Source of the DNA: an archaeon
GTDB taxonomy: Archaea; Thermoproteota; Thermoprotei; Thermofilales; JAPDKD01
Reading direction: 5' to 3'
DNA: 24,000 nt
Assembly: GCA_029258735.1 (NCBI GenBank)
Contig: JAPDKD010000054.1
Span: 878-24,877, forward strand
Below are positions 15,593 through 23,463 of the stretch, piece by piece (the stretch's first letter is position 1; each line of letters starts with the position of its first letter). A program made the position numbers and the translations under genes. The notes beneath the pieces are model-generated. The model was not told the origin of the DNA and ran no database searches. It was given only the letters and a program-made list of their open reading frames with translations.

Positions 15593-15919
15593 TTATAAAA
15601 TTTCTTTTATAAGGAATATTAAAGCGGACAATATGATGAGAAAAAACAGGATGTAGAAGTACATTGTGACTGCTTGCACAAAGAAATCGGCGAAAAGGTC
15701 TGCTGCCGCTTTCCATACATGATTTAAATCTTCTTTTATATAATCATTTTTTTGTAATATATTGAAATAGTTTTCTAGATATTTGATGAAAAAATGCGTG
15801 GTGCTATTAGTGAACTTCATGCCCCATTCCAAGCTATGCCGGAAAGCTCCAGCGGATATTAATGTGATTATTAATGCCGATAAGAGCATAGCGAAAATAA
15901 GATATTTCGCTGCCATCAT
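15593..15919 (-). CDS. hypothetical membrane protein (TM helices at the N- and C-termini)
   Basis: 108-aa ORF. The hydrophobic ends are LIFAMLLSALIITLISAGA and FYILFFLIILSALIFLI. No family recognised. Confidence 0.45.
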   Translation of the reverse strand: MMAAKYLIFAMLLSALIITLISAGAFRHSLEWGMKFTNSTTHFFIKYLENYFNILQKNDYIKEDLNHVWKAAADLFADFFVQAVTMYFYILFFLIILSALIFLIKEIL

Positions 15920-15971
15920 AATATTTAGTAAAAATCCTTAATAAGCTTGAAATCTAGGTTGCCATAGTGCT

Positions 15972-18734
15972 ATGTGTAATGGGTTCGATTACTTATCTCC
16001 GCGTCTTCAGCAAGTATTGGCGAAGTACGGGTATAGAAAGCCTACGCTAGTTCAGTCTATAGCCGCACATTACATTAAAAAGCGGGCAAACGTTGTAATT
16101 ATAGCTCCGACTGGATACGGAAAGACTGAAGCGGCCGTTTTTCCCATATTGGACGAATTATCTGCGATTACGGCTCGAACCGGAATAAAAGCGATTTACA
16201 TTACACCTTTAAGGGCGCTTAACAGAGACATATTTCGGAGACTTAATTCAATAGCCCGCGAAGTAGGGGTAAGAATTTCAATAAGACATGGCGACTCTAC
16301 TCAACGTGAAAGAAGAGAAATAATTGAAAATCCCCCTGACATTCTAGTTACAACTCCCGAATCTTTACAGATAATACTTGTAGGTAAAAGGCTTCGCGGC
16401 TTGCTTGGAGAAGTAGAGTGGGTTATTGTTGACGAGATACATGAATTAGTAACTTCAAAAAGAGGGGTCCAGCTTGCCGTGGCCTTGGAGCGTCTTCAGA
16501 AAATATCTAATAAAAGAATTCAAAGGATAGGGTTATCCGCTACTATAGGAGACTCGGAGCTAGTGGCAAAGTTCCTGGCTGGAGAAAGGCATGTTTCAAT
16601 TGTATCAGTACCAATCGAAAAAAGATTAAATATAGACGTGATATATGAAGAAGATTTCGAAAAGAGGCTCGACATAATTAGAAAAATTATTGATGAGTCT
16701 AGAGGTTCTGTGCTAATATTTACAAATACTAGGGATACGGCTGAGGCTCTTTCGTCAAAACTAAAGACAAAGATGGGAGAACATATTGATGTACATCACG
16801 GGTCTCTGGACAGGAATTTAAGGATAGAAAGTGAATCCAAGTTTAAAAAAGGTTTCTTGAAAGCTATGGTAAGCACATCTTCGCTTGAGCTGGGTATAGA
16901 CATCGGAAAAATAGACACAGTAATACAGTATATGTCTCCGCGTCGAGTTACAAGGCTGGTTCAAAGAGTTGGAAGAAGCAGCCATAGACCCGGACTACCC
17001 TCAAACGGTATAATAGTAGCAGCAAATTTAGAGGATCTCATGGAATCGGCTGTTATCGCCGCAAGAGCAAGACGCGGAAATCTGGAAAAACCCGCAACCT
17101 ACATGGGATCGCGAGACGTACTTGCGCATCAAATCGTGGGCATGGTTTTAGAGAAGCCGGGAATACGCGTGGATGAAGTATACAATATCGTCAACAAGGC
17201 TTACCCATATAAAGACCTAACACTTAGGGAATTAAAAAGAATAGTCGGATTTCTATCGCAGCTGAAGTTGTTAAGAACGTATATTAATGGATCATTAAGG
17301 CCACTAAGGAGGAGCTATGAATACTATTTCGAGAACTTATCAACTATCCCCTACAGGAAGACATTAAAGGTTATAGATACGGGAACAAACAAGGTCATAG
17401 GTTTTTTAGACGAAGACTTCGTGAGAAGCACGCTGGATATAGATGAATACTTTATACTTGCTGGAAGAGTATGGAAGGTTGATGCAATAGATTTTGAAGA
17501 CGGGCTTGTGCGTGTATCCCACGAAGCAAGAGAAGGCATACTGCCTGCGTGGACGGGTGAAGACATCCCCGTAGATTACTACGTTTCGAGGGAGTTAGGT
17601 GCCTTAAAACGACGCCTAACAAGATCGCTTGGCAACGATAAATGCATCATTAAGTTGCTTTCTGAGTATGGCTTAGAGAAAAATGCTGAAAAAATAAGGT
17701 CGATTCTCGTTAAACAACTGGAAGCTTGCAAATGTGTACCTAGCGATGAAGAAGTTTTAATAGAATCGCTAGGCAGAATTGTAATAATACATTCACATAT
17801 TGGCACGAAGGCGAATACGACATTAGGACTTCTAGTGGCGTACTACCTTTCAAGAAGGCTAGGAATACCGGCAAAATTCCGCGCGCTGCCTCACGCAGTC
17901 GCGATATATTCAAGGGAGGTTCTCCCTTTAAACAAGATAGTGGAGATTCTTGAGCCAAACATATTGTCGCTATTAGAAGATGCTATAGTATCATCTAATC
18001 TTTATAGCTATAAATTACTTCAAGTGGCAAGAAGGTTCGGCATATTATCCAAGAAAGTAGAGAAAATTCCCCTTAATATTCTTAAAGCGCTACTGCCGAC
18101 TCCAGCTGGTGAAGAGGCAATAGCTGAAGTAAAAGTAGCGTTTCTTGATGTACTAAATTTGAAAAAATGGCTAGAAGTAAAAAATAAGAAATGGAAAATA
18201 AAAATAATTTATCGTAAACAGCCATGTCCGCTTTCAGAGTATATTGTAAATGTTTTTGCTAGAAGCGGATACACAACCAGTGCCGTTCCAGCGAGACTAC
18301 TAATAAATGTGGTCAAACAAAGGCTTATGGAATCGCGGATAAAGCTCATATGCCTTAACTGCGGATGGTCTTGGACCATAAAAATCAAAGAATTTTCCGG
18401 CAAAATCGAATGTCCCGTATGTCGTTTTAGACTTGTCGCGCCGGTGTCGCCTTGGGACTCTGACGCCGAGAGGGTAGTTAAAAAGAAGAAGAAAGGAAAA
18501 AAGCTGTCCGACGAGGAAAAAACAAAGATTAAAGAGCTGGTCTTAGCCGCTAAGCTTTTTTCAAAAAATGGGCGAAAGGCTCTGCTAACCCTCGCGGGAA
18601 GAGGCATAGGTCCCAAAACTTCCGCGAGAATACTCTCTAAATCACCCGATGAAGAAGAACTAATTAAAAACATTGTGGAGGCCGAAAGAAACTTCGCGAG
18701 AACGCATAAGTATTGGAAAAACAAGGCAAGCTAG
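15972..18734 (+). CDS. lhr: Lhr-type SF2 DEAD/DEAH-box helicase with a C-terminal Zn-ribbon and HhH-like tail
   Basis: 920 aa. Motif I APTGYGKT, Ia TPLRALN, II VDEIHEL, III SATIG, VI QRVGRSSHR. The C-terminal ribbon is CLNCG...CPVCRF, followed by GRGIGPKTSARIL. Confidence 0.85.
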   Translation: MCNGFDYLSPRLQQVLAKYGYRKPTLVQSIAAHYIKKRANVVIIAPTGYGKTEAAVFPILDELSAITARTGIKAIYITPLRALNRDIFRRLNSIAREVGVRISIRHGDSTQRERREIIENPPDILVTTPESLQIILVGKRLRGLLGEVEWVIVDEIHELVTSKRGVQLAVALERLQKISNKRIQRIGLSATIGDSELVAKFLAGERHVSIVSVPIEKRLNIDVIYEEDFEKRLDIIRKIIDESRGSVLIFTNTRDTAEALSSKLKTKMGEHIDVHHGSLDRNLRIESESKFKKGFLKAMVSTSSLELGIDIGKIDTVIQYMSPRRVTRLVQRVGRSSHRPGLPSNGIIVAANLEDLMESAVIAARARRGNLEKPATYMGSRDVLAHQIVGMVLEKPGIRVDEVYNIVNKAYPYKDLTLRELKRIVGFLSQLKLLRTYINGSLRPLRRSYEYYFENLSTIPYRKTLKVIDTGTNKVIGFLDEDFVRSTLDIDEYFILAGRVWKVDAIDFEDGLVRVSHEAREGILPAWTGEDIPVDYYVSRELGALKRRLTRSLGNDKCIIKLLSEYGLEKNAEKIRSILVKQLEACKCVPSDEEVLIESLGRIVIIHSHIGTKANTTLGLLVAYYLSRRLGIPAKFRALPHAVAIYSREVLPLNKIVEILEPNILSLLEDAIVSSNLYSYKLLQVARRFGILSKKVEKIPLNILKALLPTPAGEEAIAEVKVAFLDVLNLKKWLEVKNKKWKIKIIYRKQPCPLSEYIVNVFARSGYTTSAVPARLLINVVKQRLMESRIKLICLNCGWSWTIKIKEFSGKIECPVCRFRLVAPVSPWDSDAERVVKKKKKGKKLSDEEKTKIKELVLAAKLFSKNGRKALLTLAGRGIGPKTSARILSKSPDEEELIKNIVEAERNFARTHKYWKNKAS

Positions 18735-18835
18735 AGAAAGCATTTGATCAATTTACCCGTACTGCTAGCCTCAACCTTTACTTTATCAGCTTAAGCGCAC
18801 GTTTCACATGACTATTAGATGTCCACGCGCAAAAG

Positions 18836-18843
18836 TTTAAATA
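18836..18843 (+). promoter_or_regulatory. TATA box (TTTAAATA) with an A-rich BRE-like flank
   Basis: AAAAGTTTAAATATAT is centred about 36 nt upstream of ATG 18876. AGGTG at 18865-18869 acts as an SD. The box lies downstream of the ORF-track ATG at 18819, which argues against that longer start. Confidence 0.55.
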
Positions 18844-18875
18844 TATACAATTTATCAGAAACAAAGGTGTTTCAA

Positions 18876-19190
18876 ATGGAGTACGTATATGCTAGCTTAT
18901 TGCTACACCATGCTGGGCAAGAAATAACCGAAGAAAAAGTTAAAGCGATACTTCAAGCAGCTGGCATACAAGTAGATGAAGTCCGCGTAAAAGCTGTAGT
19001 AGCCGCATTAAAGGAGGTAAATATAGAGGAAGCAATCAAGAGCGCTGCAGTGCCCGCTGTAGGCGTTGCTGCTGCACCTGCACCCGCGGCCGCGCCTCAA
19101 GAAGCCCAAGAAGAAAAGAAGAAAGAAGAGGAAAAGAAAGAAGAAGAAAGTGAAGAAGCAATAGCGGAAGGACTTGCAGCGCTTTTCTAA
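18876..19190 (+). CDS. rpl12: 50S ribosomal stalk protein P1 (L12e/aP1)
   Basis: [30 protein letters not shown]..., then an Ala/Pro hinge, an acidic [16 protein letters not shown] stretch and the conserved C-terminus EGLAALF. Confidence 0.9.
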   Translation: MEYVYASLLLHHAGQEITEEKVKAILQAAGIQVDEVRVKAVVAALKEVNIEEAIKSAAVPAVGVAAAPAPAAAPQEAQEEKKKEEEKKEEESEEAIAEGLAALF

Positions 19191-19924
19191 GTCCCCTTTA
19201 ACTGTTCCCTCAATATTTCATATAATTTTTTTACTTGCTGAGTGTAAAATCTGTACCTAACTTTCTGCATACCCGGCTGCGGAGAGTCAACGACGATTTC
19301 AACGAACTTACGGCTTTCATTCAAGTGTATATCGCCTTTGAGGGGAAATTTTAGCGGAGTCTTTTTATCTATTATTATTCCGCGGTCTGTAACAACGTAC
19401 TCTGACGGTATCATTATTACGCCTTTTCCTCGGTAAAATAGCCGGGAAAATAGATTAAAGCCTATGGATATGACATAGAACATTCCGTAAAAAGTTAAAT
19501 ACGCGAAGAAGAGGCTTGTTTGCTTTTCTCCCACGTATGGCAAGATTAGCGATGACACTGAAGAGAGGAATTGGTCTCTAAAGCCTGGAATAAATACGAG
19601 AGCAAAGATAATTATTGTGGGGATAAAGTAGAGAATCATCATTATTCCCTGAGTTTTTAAGTCCTCATTTAGTCTTGGGTCCATTATTTTTATTTTATTG
19701 ACAGATTCTCTTCGTGCCGTAAACAGTTTTTGCCCCTTCTCTATATATTCTAGGTCTTTAACAATTCTAGCAGCGCTCTTTCCAGTAATCAGAAAAGTTG
19801 CTCCAAACACGATTACAATGTAACCTATAAACATTAGAGATAGCAGGTCGGGCCTAAAGGAAGATAACCATGCAAAGATTACTGTAGCAATTATGCCTAC
19901 AACATACATTATATATCTATTCAT
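19187..19924 (-). CDS. hypothetical membrane protein (about 4-5 TM) with a C-terminal soluble beta-rich domain
   Basis: 245-aa ORF. It has hydrophobic helices, and the C-terminal [31 protein letters not shown] looks PH-like. A TTTTTTAAAG box on the minus strand sits near 19954-19964. Confidence 0.5.
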   Translation of the reverse strand: MNRYIMYVVGIIATVIFAWLSSFRPDLLSLMFIGYIVIVFGATFLITGKSAARIVKDLEYIEKGQKLFTARRESVNKIKIMDPRLNEDLKTQGIMMILYFIPTIIIFALVFIPGFRDQFLSSVSSLILPYVGEKQTSLFFAYLTFYGMFYVISIGFNLFSRLFYRGKGVIMIPSEYVVTDRGIIIDKKTPLKFPLKGDIHLNESRKFVEIVVDSPQPGMQKVRYRFYTQQVKKLYEILREQLKGT

Positions 19925-19979
19925 AGCCTACACATACTGATGGACTTTAAACCGCTTTAAAAAAGTTTTACTGCAAGCG

Positions 19980-21068
19980 CTAACGTTTGTTGGCTAGCTC
20001 AGAAATCTCCTCAACGATGAGGGATAAGGGATTTTCAAGCTCGCTAATAAGTTTCTCCGTTCTCCTCTTATATGCTTCGCTATTTTTAATCACCTCTAAA
20101 ACAACTTTTTCTAGCATTTTAGTTGAACTTACGTGCATAATCGGGAACCCTTTCTTCTTTAAGAACTCTGTAACCTCAAGTTTTTTAGGAAAATAAGTAA
20201 TGGATGGAGTGCCTAGAATGGCTGCTTCTTGAGCCATTGTTGCGCCTCCAGTTAGAACACAGGAAGCGTATTTCTCCAGTGATTGCATATCAACGGGGTT
20301 TTCCAAAATCTTGATATTAGGGATCTTTTCTGCTAACTTTCTCGCGATGAGGGCTTGGTCTCTATAGCGAGGATAATAAACGACCGTTAAGTATTCTGAA
20401 ATCTCAGCAGCCAATTTCAAAAAAACGTCCTGACTGATATCATAGTCATAGTAGGAGGCTTTAACTTCAGCAGGACGAATAATACAATAGCTATAGGGTT
20501 CTATATTAAGCATCCTTAAAGGCTTCAATGACGGCTTAAAATTAGCGCACCAAGTAACTTCAAAAACGCCGTCAAAAGTTATCAGGCGGGAAGGGTAAAT
20601 TATATACTTTCTAATTTTGTTTTCGATGCACGAGGGAACTATAACGATTTCCGCGAGTGGGAGGGTGAGCCTATTAACTTTATCTGAATGCGGCGAATCC
20701 GTCAGGGCTACAATAGGCACGCCTAAGCCAAAAGCTACACGGCACGAATCAGGGGAAGTAAAAGACGAGTGAACAAGGAGGTCAACGTCGAGGGTTCTAA
20801 AAAGCGAGAAGAGTCCTTCCTGCCTGCTAAGTGACGCCTGAAGTTTAGAACTCAACTCTTTACCTCCATACTTTCCAACAACAACGCTACGCACACCATG
20901 ATTTTTCAATATTTCTGAGGTAAGTTCATGCTCACGCGTCGTAACTACTACATTAAAACCTTTTTTTCTTAGAGAATCATATATGTGTGAATATAAAAGG
21001 GCTTGCTTCGGAGTTAAAGCTTCCAACCAAACAAGCCCTTCAGAACTCGTAGATATCTCCTTCTTCAT
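19980..21068 (-). CDS. DUF354-family protein (GT-B / UDP-GlcNAc-2-epimerase-like fold family)
   Basis: LVWLEALTPKQALLYSHIYDSLRKKGFNVVVTTREHELTSEILKNHGV...VGKYGGKELSSKL matches the DUF354 N-terminal pattern as I recall it. The start is moved to ATG 21068. The R/K-rich 15-aa extension in the ORF track is the out-of-frame reading of the upstream gene's poly-Glu tail. Confidence 0.6.
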   Translation of the reverse strand: MKKEISTSSEGLVWLEALTPKQALLYSHIYDSLRKKGFNVVVTTREHELTSEILKNHGVRSVVVGKYGGKELSSKLQASLSRQEGLFSLFRTLDVDLLVHSSFTSPDSCRVAFGLGVPIVALTDSPHSDKVNRLTLPLAEIVIVPSCIENKIRKYIIYPSRLITFDGVFEVTWCANFKPSLKPLRMLNIEPYSYCIIRPAEVKASYYDYDISQDVFLKLAAEISEYLTVVYYPRYRDQALIARKLAEKIPNIKILENPVDMQSLEKYASCVLTGGATMAQEAAILGTPSITYFPKKLEVTEFLKKKGFPIMHVSSTKMLEKVVLEVIKNSEAYKRRTEKLISELENPLSLIVEEISELANKR

Positions 21069-21363
21069 AAGCGATCGTACCTTCCTCCTCTTCCTCGTAC
21101 CCCTCCTCCTCATATTCCCCTTCTTCTACGTCCTCTACGGGAACGTCTAGTTTAAACGACAGCCAAAGTGATATTGCAGCTAAAAGAATAAAGACAACGG
21201 TAAATGTTATTCCTATAAAATACATCCTCTCCCTGGCCGGCTTGGTAGGTGCTATATAGGGATAACCGCCTAGAACAAAGCTTCCAAGCCTTACAGGTGT
21301 CCAATATAATACGATGGCAACGATGCACAAAACAGCCGCTACGACTAAGGTCATTCTCAACAT
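21040..21363 (-). CDS. small 2-TM membrane protein with an extremely acidic Tyr-containing C-terminal tail
   Basis: ATG at 21363. The TM segments are LVVAAVLCIVAIVLYW and FIGITFTVVFILLAAISLWL. The tail is VEDVEEGEYEEEGYEEEEEGTIAYEEGDIYEF. Confidence 0.5.
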   Translation of the reverse strand: MLRMTLVVAAVLCIVAIVLYWTPVRLGSFVLGGYPYIAPTKPARERMYFIGITFTVVFILLAAISLWLSFKLDVPVEDVEEGEYEEEGYEEEEEGTIAYEEGDIYEF

Positions 21364-21426
21364 CAATCACCTAAGAACCTAAAAAAGATAAATCGGTAAT
21401 GATAAAAATAGCTTGCTAGCATTGCG

Positions 21427-22800
21427 GTGAGAACGCTGCTGAGGCTTATAGTGCGATCCAAAAAGGATAAAGACGCTCTAGAAGCCGCTATAAATGCGTT
21501 TTACACCGGATGGAAAATAAATATATATACGCTTAAAGGAGCCAGAACACCAGAAAAAATAATAGAAAACCTACTTAGATATTATACTGATAAAGAGTTC
21601 ATTTTGCTATTGCTTGGCAGAGAAGACGTAGAAGCTTATAGACAATTAATACAAGGATCTCCTCCTAACGTTGCAGTACACTTAGTCCCCAAAGCTAAAA
21701 TTCGCAACGCCAGGACTGCCGAATTGTTTTGGGAGCTTGAAAAAGCTAGAGCAACGCTTAGGCTAAGGATACGATGGAATAGTGTTCACAACGCTTATGA
21801 GCTAGGAAAAATGCCGAATCTACGAGAATACGAATTAATGCCTTATAACGATGTATTTTTCGACCTTATAGGCGCGTATATCAAATTAACGCAAACACCA
21901 GATAGGGAAAAAACGCGCAACGGTGAAGTTTACCTTGTACAAAGAGCGCTTGGAGGTTTACATCGACTCTATCAGGGAGAAAAACTGTTCTACAAAATAA
22001 CTATTCCAGACGCTTTATGCTCAATTAAATGGGAAAAAGTGGAAGATGAAGGAGAACACGCGGAGCTTTATAACACACTAAAAGTCAATAAAAGGATGTT
22101 AGAGCTTTATGAGCAAATATCGCTATCACTCTTAGACTCTGCAGGAAGCTTCGATAAGATTATAGTTCCCTGGAGCGGCGGAAAAGACAGCACGGCTGCA
22201 CTACTGCTTGCGCTGAAAAAATACGGCAGAAAAAAAGTTACTGCCGTCTATGTAAATACACTAGTGGATTTCCCGGAAAACGAGGAATACGTAGAAAAAA
22301 CAGCGAAACAACTCGGTATAAAGCTAGTAAAGGCAGTAGCTGACTTAAAAACAAAAATTAGGCAAGGCGTGCCTCTGCCTTCCCACGAAAACAGATGGTG
22401 CACGGGAGAAAAAATTAAGGCGCTAAAAAGAACAATCCGAGAAATCGCGGATGGAAAAATGCTAGTAATATCAGGAGACAGAGATTCGGAGTCCAGAGCA
22501 AGGTCAAAACGTCCCCCCATTCGAAAAGAAGAATATTGGACGGTGGCTTCCCCCCTGAAGCTCTGGTCAACAGCACATGTACAGTTTTACCTGCTAATTA
22601 ACGGGGTCCAGCTAAACCCCCTATACTATAAAGGATTTTACAGGCTCGGATGCTACATATGCCCATCACTAAGAAGTTGGGAAATCAAACTAATCCAGAA
22701 ATACGGGCTCGACAAAGGCTTCGACGAAATCCTATATAAGAAATTCATAACCATGAAAAAAGCTGAATGCATAAGTAGAAGAAGGATAGAGTTATATTAA
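21427..22800 (+). CDS. PAPS-reductase/ATP-pyrophosphatase-family protein with an uncharacterised N-terminal region of about 230 aa
   Basis: 457 aa. PP-loop VPWSGGKDSTAALLLA, ISGDRDSESRAR, and NPLYYKGFYRLGCYICP (CysH-like C-terminal motif). GTG start, with an AAAAATAG box about 20 nt upstream. Confidence 0.75.
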   Translation: MRTLLRLIVRSKKDKDALEAAINAFYTGWKINIYTLKGARTPEKIIENLLRYYTDKEFILLLLGREDVEAYRQLIQGSPPNVAVHLVPKAKIRNARTAELFWELEKARATLRLRIRWNSVHNAYELGKMPNLREYELMPYNDVFFDLIGAYIKLTQTPDREKTRNGEVYLVQRALGGLHRLYQGEKLFYKITIPDALCSIKWEKVEDEGEHAELYNTLKVNKRMLELYEQISLSLLDSAGSFDKIIVPWSGGKDSTAALLLALKKYGRKKVTAVYVNTLVDFPENEEYVEKTAKQLGIKLVKAVADLKTKIRQGVPLPSHENRWCTGEKIKALKRTIREIADGKMLVISGDRDSESRARSKRPPIRKEEYWTVASPLKLWSTAHVQFYLLINGVQLNPLYYKGFYRLGCYICPSLRSWEIKLIQKYGLDKGFDEILYKKFITMKKAECISRRRIELY

Positions 22801-22820
22801 CCAACTTCATTGCAATTAAA

Positions 22821-22880
22821 GGGGATGAAGAAGCCGTCCCAGTAACAGAGCAGTGATGTCCTCGCGACGAGCAGACCCCC
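22821..22880 (+). ncRNA. candidate C/D-box-like sRNA with non-canonical boxes
   Basis: GGG-G-AUGAAGA-(14 nt)-CAGA-GCA-GUGAUGU-(12 nt)-CAGA-CCC. Both C/D and C'/D' can form tandem G.A/A.G pairs plus a G-C pair. The terminal stem is G22821-23/C22876-78. Length is 60 nt, sited 20 nt after a stop codon in a convergent spacer. Confidence 0.35.
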
Positions 22881-23365
22881 TAATACGTAGGAAGGTTAAG
22901 CTTCTTCCAAGCTTCTAACAGCTCTAAGCACTTATCCCGCTTATAGTTTGGAATAATTTCTAAGGGGGCACCTGTAAGCTCCTTAATTTTCAAGACAGGC
23001 AACCTAAGCTCGTTAAAACCAAGCGCCGCCACATCCTCTATCGAAGTCCCATAATACAGCCTGCTTATCCTAGCCCAATGAATAGCCCCAAAACACATGG
23101 GGCAAGGCTCAGTAGTAGAATATATCTCCGCTTCAGAAAGATCATAAGTGCCGAGCTTCTTAGCCGCCAGCCTAATGGCGTTTATTTCGGCATGCGCCGT
23201 CGGATCCTTATCGCGAAGAACAGTGTTATGAGCCACCACCAGCACTACACCGTTCCTAACAATCGCCGCGCCGAAAGGCCCTCCTTCTCCCTTTTTTATT
23301 CCCTCAAGAGCTGACTTTATAGCTAAAACCATGGGATCAACAGTATAGCCCAAAACACCACCCAA
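22880..23365 (-). CDS. guaD: guanine deaminase-like CDA-fold zinc deaminase
   Basis: GGPFGAAIV...DPTAHAEINAIR...EPCPMCFGAIHWARISRLYYG resembles Bacillus GuaD more than TadA, judged from my recollection of those sequences. The likely true start is ATG 23332 (MVLAIKSALEG...). The ORF-track start is TTG 23365. Confidence 0.7.
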   Translation of the reverse strand: MGGVLGYTVDPMVLAIKSALEGIKKGEGGPFGAAIVRNGVVLVVAHNTVLRDKDPTAHAEINAIRLAAKKLGTYDLSEAEIYSTTEPCPMCFGAIHWARISRLYYGTSIEDVAALGFNELRLPVLKIKELTGAPLEIIPNYKRDKCLELLEAWKKLNLPTY

Positions 23366-23414
23366 AGAAAAGTAAGCCTTACCTATTTAAACCTTCAAAC
23401 TCGCAAGAGCAAAA

Positions 23415-23422
23415 TTTAAATC
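23415..23422 (+). promoter_or_regulatory. TATA box (TTTAAATC) for tRNA-Tyr
   Basis: AAAATTTAAATC is centred about 45 nt upstream of the tRNA 5' end, which implies a leader of about 20 nt. Confidence 0.45.
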
Positions 23423-23463
23423 TCATGCATCTAACTACAAAATAGCCAGCTAACAATAGCCGG

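Noticed and set aside
18209-18724. 171-aa minus-strand ORF antisense to the helicase 3' end
   Set aside because: The product is Ser/Phe/Leu-rich and low-complexity, as expected from reading a K/E-rich coding region backwards. It lies fully inside a gene with strong helicase motifs and has no motifs of its own.
18819-18875. 19-aa N-terminal extension of the P1 ORF
   Set aside because: ATG 18819 lies upstream of the TATA box at 18836-18843. Archaeal P1 proteins begin MEYVYA…, which matches ATG 18876.
21069-21113. R/K-rich start (MRRRGTRKRRKVRSL) of the DUF354 ORF
   Set aside because: It is the frame-shifted reading of the upstream gene's GAA/GAG-rich acidic tail. ATG 21068 gives a normal family-like N-terminus.
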